A DNA stretch of 28,882 bases. It comes from a virus. Taxonomy: Duplodnaviria > Caudoviricetes. Below, in pieces: positions 16,144-24,655 of this stretch (its first letter is position 1; the number at the start of each line of letters is the position of its first letter). The DNA is taken from positions 1 to 28,882 of IMG/VR virus record IMGVR_UViG_3300047402_000037. One strand, given 5' to 3'. A program made the position numbers and the translations under genes. The notes beneath the pieces were generated by a model, which saw only the letters and a program-made list of their open reading frames with translations, was not told the DNA's origin and did not search any database.

Positions 16144-19100
16144 ATGACCGATTCCGTTGCCGTCTTTCCTCCGGGCTGGCGGCTGACCGATGCGAACGAC
16201 AACCCGGTGTCGGGTGGGTCGATCGAGTTCTATGACGCTGGCACCTCGACGCCCAAGACGGTCTATTCCGACTCGGGGCTGACGAGCTCGCTCGGCGTCT
16301 CGATCACGACCGACGCGAGCGGCTATCCCTCCTCCGGCGGCAACAAGGTGCTGATCTACACCGGCACGGCTGCCTACAAGGTGACGCTGAAGGATGCGCT
16401 CGGGGTTACGCTCGCGAGCCACGACAACGTGAAGGGCGCTGCTGTTGGTGGCAGCACGGGTGACGGGCTCTGGAATGTGTCGATCGCGGCCGTAGCGTCC
16501 ACGACCTACACCGTGGTCCCGGCTGATTACGGGACGGCGAAGGAATTCGACACCGCGGGCGGCAATATCAGCGTCGTGATCCCGACCGCACTCGCTGCCG
16601 GCAACGGGAAAACGTTCACCGCGATCCGCAAGGGCAGCTCGAACAACCTTACCCTGATCGGCACCGGCGGCGATCTGCTCAACGGCGCCGCGTCGGTCGC
16701 GCTGACGGCGACCGGCGACGCGATCACGCTGGCAAGCAACGGCGCCAACGCGTGGAAGTCTGTCGCGTTCTCGCGCACGGGCTACGCTTCCGGCCTGATC
16801 ACGTCCAGTATGCTCGATAGCCGGATTACCGGCGGCCTGATGCGTCTCGGGCAGATCATTGAGTGTCCGTCTGAGACGCCATGGGCTGGCACGTGGACGT
16901 GCGACGGCTCGGCGAAATCGCGCACGACCTATGCCGATCTGTTCTCGGTCATCGGCACGACCTACGGCGCGGGCGACGGCGCGACCACGTTCAACATTCC
17001 GGACCGTCGCGGCTACGTCCCGCGAGGTTGGAACAACGGCGCGGGCGTCGATCCCGACGCGACGACGACGCTGGCGGTGACCAACGTCACGAACAACGGG
17101 GCGGGCGTCTGCCGCATCACGGTGGCCAGCACAGCAAAACTCGAAAGCGGAAACCGCGTTACCATTTCTGGCGTCGTCGGCGCGACCGCGGCCAACGGCA
17201 ACTGGACCATAACCGTCCAGAGTTCGACGACGTTCGACCTCAACGGCTCGGTTTTCGCCGGCACCTATACCTCGGGCGGCACGGTCAACCTCCGCTATGC
17301 GCTCAAGACTGGTGGCGCGGTCGGCGATCATGTCGGCTCGTTCCAGAACGACGCCGTGAAGTCGCACGCGCATAACATTCAGAACTTTCCAAGCTCGACG
17401 ACAACGGCAGCTACCGGTAGCGCCTTTAACTCCTTCATCTCGCCGCCTGGACTGTACTACACCGACGCCAGCTCTCCGACGATCACCGAGAACCGCGTCA
17501 AGAACGTTTACGTGCATTATGTCATCATCTACGACCTGGCTCTGTTCGCGGGCGCGTCGTCGAGCGTGAAGACGATCCTAACGACCAGCGGGGCGCCGTC
17601 CAGCGGCACGGGGATCGATGGCGATTATGCGTATGATCCGGCGGCTAAGATCATGTACGGTCCGAAGGCGGCCGGGGCATGGCCTGCGGGCGTGTCGCTG
17701 CAAGGGCCGACCGGCGCGACGGGTGCGACGGGTGCGACTGGCGCAACGGGTGCGACGGGTGCGACGGGCGCGACCGGATCGGCCGGGTCTGACGGCGGCA
17801 TCAAATACACCTATGACTCGACCACGACGATGGCCGCGCCGTCCGCGGGCGGGTTGCGTTTCAACACCGCGGCGATCGGCAGCGCGACGCAGATCGCAAT
17901 TGCCCCGACGACGGCCGAGGCCGGCAACCCCAACGTTTCGGGATGGGTCAACACGTGGGACGATTCGACGACCTCGGCCCACCGCGGCCAGCTCGTCATC
18001 CGCAAGCAAACGACGGGCGTCACCGTCGCCGTGTTCGACGTGACGAGCGCCGTTACCGACAATACGACCTGGCTGACGTTCAACGTCACCAACATCACGG
18101 CGCCGACAGCGCTCAACAACGGCGATCAGCTGCTGGTGTCGTTTTATCGCACGGGCGATCAAGGTGCGACCGGCGCAACGGGTGCGACGGGTGCGACCGG
18201 CGCGACCGGATCGACTGGCTCGACCGGCGCTGCGGGGCCTGTAGCTATCGACTATACGTGGGACACCGGCACGACGGCGGCCGATCCTGGCAGCGGCAAA
18301 ATTCGCGCGAACAACGCCAGCCTCGCCAGCGCAACGGCGCTGTACGTCAACGAGACGGATCGGCTCGGGACAAACCTGGCGACGTTCCTGCAAACGTTCG
18401 ACGACAGCACGTCGGCCACAAAGGGCGTGCTCGAACTCATCGACCTGACGACGCCGGCAAACCGTGTCTATTTTTCGGTCACGGGCACAGTCGTCGATAA
18501 TGGCGCATATGATACGATCAGCGTCACGTATCGCTCCGGTGTCACGTCGTTTTCGGCGGTGAACGTCGGAATCCTGTTTTTCCCAGCCGGCGACAAGGGC
18601 GCCGACGGCGCAGGAGGCATCACGAGCATAACAGCCGGCGCGGGCCTGTCATCGGCGGGCGTTGGCGCCACTGGCGGCGCAATCACGACCTCGGGCACGC
18701 TGACCAACGTGCGCGCCATAAACGCGCAGATCGGGACGACGTACACGATTGCGGCGAGCGACAATGCCAAGTTGGTTACGCTCTCGAACGCAGCGGCGAT
18801 TGCCGTTACCGTTCCGCAGGCCACGACCAATTTTGCGGCCGGGTTTTTTGTCGATCTTTGGAACGCGGGCAACAGCGTCGCGACGTTGACGCCGACGACC
18901 TCGACGATCAACGGCGCAGCCTCCTACGTGCTATCGCCGCGTGAGGGCGCGCGGATCGTCTCGGACGGCACCAATTGGTCCGCGCTGCCGTTGCGGAGCC
19001 TCGCCGGCGCCGTGACGACAGTCGCAAGCGCGGCAACTGCGAATATCGGCGCCACGGCAACGGATCGCGTATCGATCACGGGCACGACGACAATCACCAG

Positions 19101-20232
19101 TTTCGGCAGCGTGCCGAATCAAATCCGGTTTGGATCGTTTGCCGGCGCGTTGACGCTTACGCACAACGCCACAGCGCTCATTCTGCCGGGTGCGGCGAAC
19201 ATCACGACGGCGGCCGGAGACACGTTTGTCGCGTCGTCGGACAGCGCGGGCAACTGGACGGTGATTGCCTACCAGAAGGCCAGCGGACAAGCTGTTGTGT
19301 CATCTGGTGGCGGTGGCTCGCCGTCGCAGCCGCAGGGCCGGATCACACTGACGACCGCGACGCCAGTGCTAACGTCGACCGTGAGCGGGGCGGCGACGGT
19401 GTATTACACGCCGCATATCGGCCAATACGTCCCGCTGTACAATGGGTCGACGTGGACCATGACAGATATCGGCGGCGAGCTGAGCCAGGCCACGACAGAT
19501 GCCACTAAATCACCGGCCGCGTGCGCGACGAACAGCAATTATGACTTGTTCGTGTGGTTGGACGGCAGCACGTACCGGTGCACGCGTGGTCCCGCGTGGA
19601 CGTCGGACACGGCGCGCGGCGCGGGTGCCGGCACGACCGAGCTTCAGATGCTCAATGGAATCTGGACCAACAAAAACGCAGTAACGAACGGGCCGGCGGC
19701 CAATCGCGGTACGTACGTCGGGACGATCCGCACAAACGGATCAAGTCTAGTTGATTGCATTATGCCGACCGCGAGCGCGAACGGCGGCACTGCGGGCGTA
19801 ATCGGTATTTGGAACGCCTATAGCCGCTCCGGTTGGACGGCAATGAATTTGGATTCCACGGACTCTTGGAGTTACACGACCGGCTCGTGGCGGCAATCCA
19901 ACAACTCCGCCAACATGCAAACGTCATGGATCACAGGCATCGCGGGCGACACGACGCTTGCTGTCGGCAACTGTTGGTGTACTGGGTCGGGCAACGGTCG
20001 TCTTGGAATTGGGTTTGACACGGTATCTGCCCCGAGCGGCATCACCACTGCCGCAGTCGGACAAACCGGGAGCATCGTCGGCTCGACGACACTGCCAATG
20101 CGCGCGCCGATCGGCTGGCATTACTTCGCCTTGCTGGAATATGGCACCACGTCGCTGGTCTTCTACGGCGACAACGGGACGTTCGCATCGTCCGCCGTTC
20201 AATCTGGGCTCATCGTCAGCGGGACGTTCTAA
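16144..20232 (+). CDS. mosaic tail fibre / receptor-binding protein
   Basis: N-terminal virion-anchor domain ('DANDNPVSGGSIEFYDAGTSTPKTVYSD'), tail-collar motif ('CDGSAKSRTTYADLFSVIGTTYGAGDGATTFNIPDRRG'), HxH motif, collagen-like Gly-X-Y runs and a duplicated module. Confidence 0.9.
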   Translation: MTDSVAVFPPGWRLTDANDNPVSGGSIEFYDAGTSTPKTVYSDSGLTSSLGVSITTDASGYPSSGGNKVLIYTGTAAYKVTLKDALGVTLASHDNVKGAAVGGSTGDGLWNVSIAAVASTTYTVVPADYGTAKEFDTAGGNISVVIPTALAAGNGKTFTAIRKGSSNNLTLIGTGGDLLNGAASVALTATGDAITLASNGANAWKSVAFSRTGYASGLITSSMLDSRITGGLMRLGQIIECPSETPWAGTWTCDGSAKSRTTYADLFSVIGTTYGAGDGATTFNIPDRRGYVPRGWNNGAGVDPDATTTLAVTNVTNNGAGVCRITVASTAKLESGNRVTISGVVGATAANGNWTITVQSSTTFDLNGSVFAGTYTSGGTVNLRYALKTGGAVGDHVGSFQNDAVKSHAHNIQNFPSSTTTAATGSAFNSFISPPGLYYTDASSPTITENRVKNVYVHYVIIYDLALFAGASSSVKTILTTSGAPSSGTGIDGDYAYDPAAKIMYGPKAAGAWPAGVSLQGPTGATGATGATGATGATGATGATGSAGSDGGIKYTYDSTTTMAAPSAGGLRFNTAAIGSATQIAIAPTTAEAGNPNVSGWVNTWDDSTTSAHRGQLVIRKQTTGVTVAVFDVTSAVTDNTTWLTFNVTNITAPTALNNGDQLLVSFYRTGDQGATGATGATGATGATGSTGSTGAAGPVAIDYTWDTGTTAADPGSGKIRANNASLASATALYVNETDRLGTNLATFLQTFDDSTSATKGVLELIDLTTPANRVYFSVTGTVVDNGAYDTISVTYRSGVTSFSAVNVGILFFPAGDKGADGAGGITSITAGAGLSSAGVGATGGAITTSGTLTNVRAINAQIGTTYTIAASDNAKLVTLSNAAAIAVTVPQATTNFAAGFFVDLWNAGNSVATLTPTTSTINGAASYVLSPREGARIVSDGTNWSALPLRSLAGAVTTVASAATANIGATATDRVSITGTTTITSFGSVPNQIRFGSFAGALTLTHNATALILPGAANITTAAGDTFVASSDSAGNWTVIAYQKASGQAVVSSGGGGSPSQPQGRITLTTATPVLTSTVSGAATVYYTPHIGQYVPLYNGSTWTMTDIGGELSQATTDATKSPAACATNSNYDLFVWLDGSTYRCTRGPAWTSDTARGAGAGTTELQMLNGIWTNKNAVTNGPAANRGTYVGTIRTNGSSLVDCIMPTASANGGTAGVIGIWNAYSRSGWTAMNLDSTDSWSYTTGSWRQSNNSANMQTSWITGIAGDTTLAVGNCWCTGSGNGRLGIGFDTVSAPSGITTAAVGQTGSIVGSTTLPMRAPIGWHYFALLEYGTTSLVFYGDNGTFASSAVQSGLIVSGTF
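17704..17796 (+). repeat. collagen-like Gly-Ala-Thr repeat 1 (9-bp period)
   Basis: GPT-(GAT)7-GSA-GSD-G. Confidence 0.9.
18154..18243 (+). repeat. collagen-like Gly-X-Y repeat 2
   Basis: GDQ-(GAT)5-(GST)2-GAA-GPV. Confidence 0.9.
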
Positions 20233-20756
20233 TGGCTCTCACAGAAGCGATTGAAATTGTATGCCCCATTCACGGCGTTGCGATCGGCAGTCGCAACGAC
20301 AGAAGGACGTGGCGCATCGACTACAAGCCGGAAGCGACGGAACAGCAAAAAGCCGCTGCGCAAGCGGTCTTGCTTGCGTTCGACATCGACGCCCCGACTG
20401 CGGCCATGGTCGATGCCGAACGCGACCGGCGGCTGAATGCGTTTGCGTTCGGCGGTCGCCGATATGATTTTGACCCGGACAGTCAAACCAACATGACGGG
20501 AGCCGGCACGCTGGCGCTGGCCGCGATCATCTCGGGCAAACAGCCGGGTGATCTCAGATGGGCGGACCCAGATCGCGACTTCGGCTGGATCGCTGCCGAC
20601 AACACTTTGGTGGCCATGGATGCGCAAACGACGATGGCGTTTGCGCAGGCGGCCGCGCACTGGAAATCGTCGCACATCATGATCGGGCGCGCGCTCAAAG
20701 ACGCAACCCCAATTCCTGCGGATTTTGCAAATGACGCACATTGGCCTGCACCGTGA
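20232..20756 (+). CDS. tail-fibre-associated protein (DUF4376-like, possible assembly chaperone)
   Basis: TAATG overlap with the fibre gene; 'VDAERDRRL…WIAADNTLVAMDAQT…ARALKD…IPADFANDAHWP'-type sequence. Confidence 0.72.
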   Translation: MALTEAIEIVCPIHGVAIGSRNDRRTWRIDYKPEATEQQKAAAQAVLLAFDIDAPTAAMVDAERDRRLNAFAFGGRRYDFDPDSQTNMTGAGTLALAAIISGKQPGDLRWADPDRDFGWIAADNTLVAMDAQTTMAFAQAAAHWKSSHIMIGRALKDATPIPADFANDAHWPAP

Positions 20757-20955
20757 CGTCAAGGCCGCCGCGTTTGTCGATGACCTATCCCGAACCGCCG
20801 AGGAAATGCGGCGCAAGCAGCAGGCGGCCGAGGACGTGTCCGGCGACGTGCGGGAGCAGGTCAACATGCAGGGACGCGCGCTCGTTGCCATGGGGGATGA
20901 GATCATCAAGCTCAAGGCTGCGCTCGGCGCGCTGGCGCGGGAGGCGTCGAAATGA
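20731..20955 (+). CDS. small coiled-coil hypothetical protein
   Basis: ATG 20731 (start uncertain); ATGA overlap with the endolysin; helical amphipathic sequence. Confidence 0.6.
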   Translation: MTHIGLHRDVKAAAFVDDLSRTAEEMRRKQQAAEDVSGDVREQVNMQGRALVAMGDEIIKLKAALGALAREASK

Positions 20956-21716
20956 AAATTTCATCTCGTGGCCTCGACATGATCAAAGAATTCGAGGGCT
21001 ATCACCGCGCGCTGCCGGACGGCTCGTGCATCCCATACCGTTGCCCGGCTGGCGTCCTGACGATCGGCTACGGCTGCACCGAAAGCGTGCGGGAAGGCAT
21101 GCGCTGGACCAAGGCGGACGCCGAGGCGCGCTTGCTCGGCGAACTGGAGAAGCACGAGGCCGCCGTCCAGCGCTACTCGACGACGGACCTCAACCAGAAC
21201 CAGTTCGATGCGCTGGTGTCGTTTTCCTACAACCTCGGCACCGAGGCGTTGCGGCAATCGACGCTGCTCAAGAAGGTCAACGCGGGTCAGTGGGAGGCGG
21301 CGGGCCAGGAGTTCGGGCGCTGGACCAAGGCTGCTGGCAAGGTGCTCCCCGGCCTCGTGGCGCGTCGCGGCAAAGAGGCGGCGCTGTTCCTAGAGCCGAT
21401 TTCGGCGGCGATCGAGCCTGAGATGCCGCAGAAGCTGGACCAGCCGGCGGACACCACACCGAACCCTCTCCACAAGTCCGGAACGATCTGGGGGGCGATC
21501 ACGGCGGCCTTCGCCACGCTCATCCACTACCTCGACGAAGGCACGAAAGCCGTCATTGAGTGGGTCGGCGCGATCGGCGATCTGGAGCCAGTTCGCGAAA
21601 CCGCGATGAAGATCGGCGGCAACGCCAAGGCGATCGGCCTTGGGCTCACGGTTGCCGGGATTGGCATCGTCGTGTCCCGCCGCGTGAAGGCCCACAATGA
21701 GGGTAAGGCAGGCTGA
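20952..21716 (+). CDS. GH24 lysozyme (endolysin) with C-terminal hydrophobic extension
   Basis: 'IKEFEG…YRCPAGVLTIGYG', 'NQNQFDALVSFSYNLG', 'STLLKKVN', 'LPGLVARRGKEAALF'. Confidence 0.93.
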   Translation: MKISSRGLDMIKEFEGYHRALPDGSCIPYRCPAGVLTIGYGCTESVREGMRWTKADAEARLLGELEKHEAAVQRYSTTDLNQNQFDALVSFSYNLGTEALRQSTLLKKVNAGQWEAAGQEFGRWTKAAGKVLPGLVARRGKEAALFLEPISAAIEPEMPQKLDQPADTTPNPLHKSGTIWGAITAAFATLIHYLDEGTKAVIEWVGAIGDLEPVRETAMKIGGNAKAIGLGLTVAGIGIVVSRRVKAHNEGKAG

Positions 21717-21718
21717 TC

Positions 21719-21979
21719 ATGGGATTTCTGCTGGCCGGTCTCGGTCAATACGGGCTCATCGCGGCATTGATCGCGGGGCTTCTGGTGACTGTTGCAACGT
21801 GGCGTACCGTGGACGTGTCCAAACAACGGGCCATCGGCGCACAAGCGGCTGTGGCCAAGATCGAGGCGAAAACCAATGAAGCTCTCAACGCTGGCCGCGC
21901 GGCTGCCGAAAAGTCTCGCGCTGCTCCCGTGCCTGTTCCTCGGCGCATGTCAAAGCCCGCCCCAGGCTACGCCGATTGA
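21719..21979 (+). CDS. Rz-like inner-membrane spanin
   Basis: N-terminal TM helix followed by an Ala-rich helical segment; after the endolysin and overlapped by a lipoprotein gene. Confidence 0.72.
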   Translation: MGFLLAGLGQYGLIAALIAGLLVTVATWRTVDVSKQRAIGAQAAVAKIEAKTNEALNAGRAAAEKSRAAPVPVPRRMSKPAPGYAD

Positions 21980-22166
21980 CCAGATGAAGTTGATCCGGGA
22001 ATTGCCACGGGTGAAGAATAGCGCGGCGGCCCCGTGCCGGCTGCAGAAGGAAATTGCGGAACAGCAGAGCTACCTCGCCGCCGTCGAGGCCGCGGCCGCG
22101 GGCAAGAGCAAGCCTCCCGTCATCGTCGCGCAATGCGGAGCCGATAAGCCGAAGGCGACCTCATGA
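21876..22166 (+). CDS. Rz1-like outer-membrane lipoprotein spanin
   Basis: ATG 21876 with SD GAGG: MKLSTLAARLPKSLALLPCLF-LGAC lipobox; starts inside the Rz-like gene in another frame. Confidence 0.78.
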   Translation: MKLSTLAARLPKSLALLPCLFLGACQSPPQATPIDQMKLIRELPRVKNSAAAPCRLQKEIAEQQSYLAAVEAAAAGKSKPPVIVAQCGADKPKATS

Positions 22167-22427
22167 ATGCCTCAACGCCCACACGAATTGCTGATGGAAT
22201 CGTTCTCGCTCGAAACCGATCGGCGCTTGACGCGGATCGAGGTGCACCAGGAGCACCGGGAGGAGAGCAACGAGACCTACAAGGAGCGGGCCGACAAGCG
22301 CCTCGACGCAATCGAGAAGCGCATGTCGCTTCACGAGCGGGCTATCCTGGCCATCGCGGGCATCCTTCAAGTGATCTTGCAAGACAAGTATCCCAAGCTC
22401 GCCGCGATCTTGAAGGGGCTGCTGTGA
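22167..22427 (+). CDS. coiled-coil plus C-terminal hydrophobic helix protein (holin/XhlA-like candidate)
   Basis: 'DRRLTRIE…DKRLDAIEKR…AILAIAGILQVIL'; abuts the o-spanin stop. Confidence 0.6.
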   Translation: MPQRPHELLMESFSLETDRRLTRIEVHQEHREESNETYKERADKRLDAIEKRMSLHERAILAIAGILQVILQDKYPKLAAILKGLL

Positions 22428-22504
22428 GCCCGCAATTCAATGTCGGCTTGGCGGTGATTGCGGCGATGGCACTCGGCTCGCTGCTGTATCATCTGGTGTT
22501 TTGA
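22424..22504 (+). CDS. 26-aa single-TM microprotein (MSPQFNVGLAVIAAMALGSLLYHLVF)
   Basis: GTGA overlap with the previous stop, SD-like GAAGGGG, wholly hydrophobic. Confidence 0.55.
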   Translation: MSPQFNVGLAVIAAMALGSLLYHLVF

Positions 22505-22710
22505 AGCGGCGACTTTCGCGGCTCACTCATGCGGATGGTCGCCGCGATTGTCTTGACCAGCAGGTCACGCGCCTCAATAATCGACCCCGCCTTGTTCGGG
22601 CCGGTCCAGTACAATGAAGGAGGCTCTGGCCATGGTAGCGTCGACAAGTATTTATCAAGCGCTCTGACCACGCACTCGGCTGTCATTGCTGCATCGTCGT
22701 CTTTCATCAC
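22489..22710 (-). CDS. hypothetical protein
   Basis: Start overlaps the stop of the NusG-like gene; SD GGAGG; last gene of the leftward operon. Confidence 0.6.
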   Translation of the reverse strand: MMKDDDAAMTAECVVRALDKYLSTLPWPEPPSLYWTGPNKAGSIIEARDLLVKTIAATIRMSEPRKSPLQNTR

Positions 22711-23183
22711 GCCGCCTCCACCATTGCCTCGTCTACGCGCTGTTCGAAAGTCCTACCGAACATCTCCACGTCGATTACCACCTTGCCGGCCTCCAGCCGC
22801 TTGAACAAGACTGAGAGTTCGGCGCGCGCCCCGCGCTTCATGCGCAAGGCTTGCCCCGGCGTGAACCGCTCCGGTTCGGCCTCGACTTCCGCCAGCACCC
22901 GCATGGCGTGAAGCTCTGCTGATGTGACGGTGGCATATCGATCACCGATGCGCATCACGCCGACGACAGCGGGCATCAACTCCCTGACGTAGTCCCATTG
23001 GTCGAAAATCTTGGCGTCGGCGAAGGCGTAGCAGGGGAGAACGGCGCGCGTCTCCTTGGATTTCTTGCCATTCCGCACCACGCGCACAGTCTGCTCAGGC
23101 GCTCGCGCATCGATGCCGAGGCGCACAAGCGCCTCCCGTACTACGATCTCGGATCGATACCGCACGCGGAGGGCGTACCACAT
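22707..23183 (-). CDS. NusG/RfaH-family transcription elongation/antitermination factor
   Basis: True start at ATG 23183: 'MWYALRV…PEQ…AVLPCYAFA' NGN domain and 'FTPGQALRM…VVIDVEMFGR' KOW-like domain. Confidence 0.85.
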   Translation of the reverse strand: MWYALRVRYRSEIVVREALVRLGIDARAPEQTVRVVRNGKKSKETRAVLPCYAFADAKIFDQWDYVRELMPAVVGVMRIGDRYATVTSAELHAMRVLAEVEAEPERFTPGQALRMKRGARAELSVLFKRLEAGKVVIDVEMFGRTFEQRVDEAMVEAA

Positions 23184-23518
23184 CAAGCACCGCCTTTCTG
23201 AGCCATTGCGCGTTGCCACGGGAACAACACGGCCTGCTCTTTCCCGTAGAACGCCTCCAGCATCATCTTTTCTTGATGCTTGCGGAGGTTGGCGGCGGCC
23301 TTGCGCATCATCGCGTCCGTTTCGGCCTCCAGCGCCTGGCGCCAATCGGCGTCGGACATCTGCGTGATGATGCCCGTGCCGGTATCCACACTGTACATCG
23401 GCGGCTTTGCCTGACACGCGACGAACGTCGCGATCTCCTCATCGAGTGAGGAGGCGTGTATTGCCTGATCCCGCTCGATGCGGGCCATGATGCGGTCTCT
23501 GAATTGGTCGGGGCTCAT
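23183..23518 (-). CDS. hypothetical protein (MSPDQFRDRIM…)
   Basis: SD AGGAGG before ATG 23518; TGATG overlap with the NusG-like gene. Confidence 0.7.
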   Translation of the reverse strand: MSPDQFRDRIMARIERDQAIHASSLDEEIATFVACQAKPPMYSVDTGTGIITQMSDADWRQALEAETDAMMRKAAANLRKHQEKMMLEAFYGKEQAVLFPWQRAMAQKGGA

Positions 23519-23519
23519 G

Positions 23520-23675
23520 TCATCCCTCCTGTTGCAGCAGCCAGCACCCGACGGCGACCATTCCAACCGGCCCCATCATGTGCGTAAACGATATCCACCC
23601 GGCGCCCGCCGTCAGGAAGATGAGCACGGCGCCGACGATGACCTCAGCCGCGCCTATGGCTTCGGTCCAGGTCAT
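23520..23675 (-). CDS. 51-aa membrane microprotein (MTWTEAIGAAEVIVGAVLIFLTAGAGWISFTHMMGPVGMVAVGCWLLQQEG)
   Basis: ATGA overlap upstream and stop 1 nt before the next ATG; two hydrophobic stretches. Not in the ORF track. Confidence 0.7.
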   Translation of the reverse strand: MTWTEAIGAAEVIVGAVLIFLTAGAGWISFTHMMGPVGMVAVGCWLLQQEG

Positions 23676-23830
23676 GCTGTCCTGTTCTTCCGGTATCCGG
23701 CTTCCTTGCGGTCGGCCGCTTTCTTCGCTCCGATGCGCTTAGACACGTCGCGGTAAGCCTTCGCAGGCTCGACGCGAGTCCTGCCGCCTTTGGTGGCGAG
23801 CTTTGCTTTGCCGATGGATTTGGTTGCCAT
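23672..23830 (-). CDS. 52-aa highly basic protein (MATKSIGKAKLATKGGRTRVEPAKAYRDVSKRIGAKKAADRKEAGYRKNRTA)
   Basis: SD AAGGGA; fills the operon gap exactly; K/R-rich. Not in the ORF track. Confidence 0.7.
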   Translation of the reverse strand: MATKSIGKAKLATKGGRTRVEPAKAYRDVSKRIGAKKAADRKEAGYRKNRTA

Positions 23831-23834
23831 GTGC

Positions 23835-24128
23835 TTATCCCTTGCGCTTGAGCCGTTGATAGATTGACTCGGCTTCTTTTATCAGTTGCGACTCTGATTT
23901 AGACCTGTCCGATACGACGTGCATTCCGCGCTCGCTGATTTCCAAAATCGGCGGACTGTCAGGGTACTGGCGTTCTTCCAGCAGTCCCAAATCAAGCAGC
24001 GTAGCGATGTCGCTATCACTGGCTTGCGCCATGACCAGGCCACGCCCAACGGCGGTGATGCCGTCTTCCGTCAATCTTCCAAAAAGCGCATAGGCACTAG
24101 CTAAATCTGTCTCTGCCATTTCAGCCAC
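23835..24128 (-). CDS. hypothetical protein (lower GC than neighbours)
   Basis: 97-aa ORF overlapping the Nmad1-like gene; 'LLDLGLLEE….LEISERG' resembles a winged-helix wing. Confidence 0.6.
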   Translation of the reverse strand: MAEMAETDLASAYALFGRLTEDGITAVGRGLVMAQASDSDIATLLDLGLLEERQYPDSPPILEISERGMHVVSDRSKSESQLIKEAESIYQRLKRKG

Positions 24129-24426
24129 CTTTCTTCGCGATCTTGAGGAGAACGAGGTATCCGATCAGGTCTGTGATCGTGTCTTCGCCCGCGTCTCGCC
24201 CGCGCATAAGCCGAGACAACTTGTCGTCGATGCGGACCTTGATTTGCTCGACCGCATCGGCCTTGGAGAAGCATCGCAGCGGGTCGAGCGCGCTGTTGCC
24301 GTAGGCGAGGTTTTTCGAGATCAGCATCGAGGCGATCTCGCCGCAGACTATCTCAACCTGCTGCGCAAATGCGCTCACAGCGTCGCCTGGAGCGGTTGTC
24401 TGCTGGAGTGTTAATGTAGCGGCCAT
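24121..24426 (-). CDS. nucleotide-modification-associated domain 1 (Nmad1/DUF1599-like) protein
   Basis: 'KNLAYGNS…VRIDDKLSRL…EDTITDLIGYLVL' signature. Confidence 0.8.
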   Translation of the reverse strand: MAATLTLQQTTAPGDAVSAFAQQVEIVCGEIASMLISKNLAYGNSALDPLRCFSKADAVEQIKVRIDDKLSRLMRGRDAGEDTITDLIGYLVLLKIAKKGG

Positions 24427-24439
24427 CCCTCAAATCCTC

Positions 24440-24655
24440 TTAGAAGCCTGTGGGAACAAGGTTCGCGGGGCATTTGAAAGTCTCACACGGGGCGCTGATC
24501 GCCTTGATGCGCACGAACTGGCGGTTTGCCGTGCAATCGAGCAGGTCGCGCAGGTCGGAAACCTCAATCAGCACTTTCGTGTCATGCCGCTGCGCTTTCG
24601 CATGAGCGGCAACTACGGCTCGGTAGTAGTCCAGGCGTTCCGGCGTCACGATCAC
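24440..24655 (-). CDS. hypothetical protein
   Basis: Likely GTG start at or just after the methyltransferase stop (SD GGAGG); exact start uncertain. Confidence 0.6.
   Translation of the reverse strand: MIVTPERLDYYRAVVAAHAKAQRHDTKVLIEVSDLRDLLDCTANRQFVRIKAISAPCETFKCPANLVPTGF

Noticed and set aside
19700-20232. DGR variable region at the tail-fibre C-terminus
   Set aside because: No template repeat, reverse transcriptase or C-type lectin motif is visible in the window.
2390-21844. Many long alternative-frame and antisense ORFs in the track (e.g. 2442-3392, 4811-5809, 16126-17517)
   Set aside because: These are shadow ORFs expected from high GC3 codon bias; Arg/Pro-rich with no recognisable motifs.
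22503-22525. Terminator between the convergent operons
   Set aside because: Only a 3-4 bp stem, inside a CDS, with no proper U-tract.
23184-23417. N-terminal extension of the NusG-like ORF given in the track
   Set aside because: It overlaps the upstream gene out of frame; NGN homology starts at MWYAL (23183) with a TGATG coupling.
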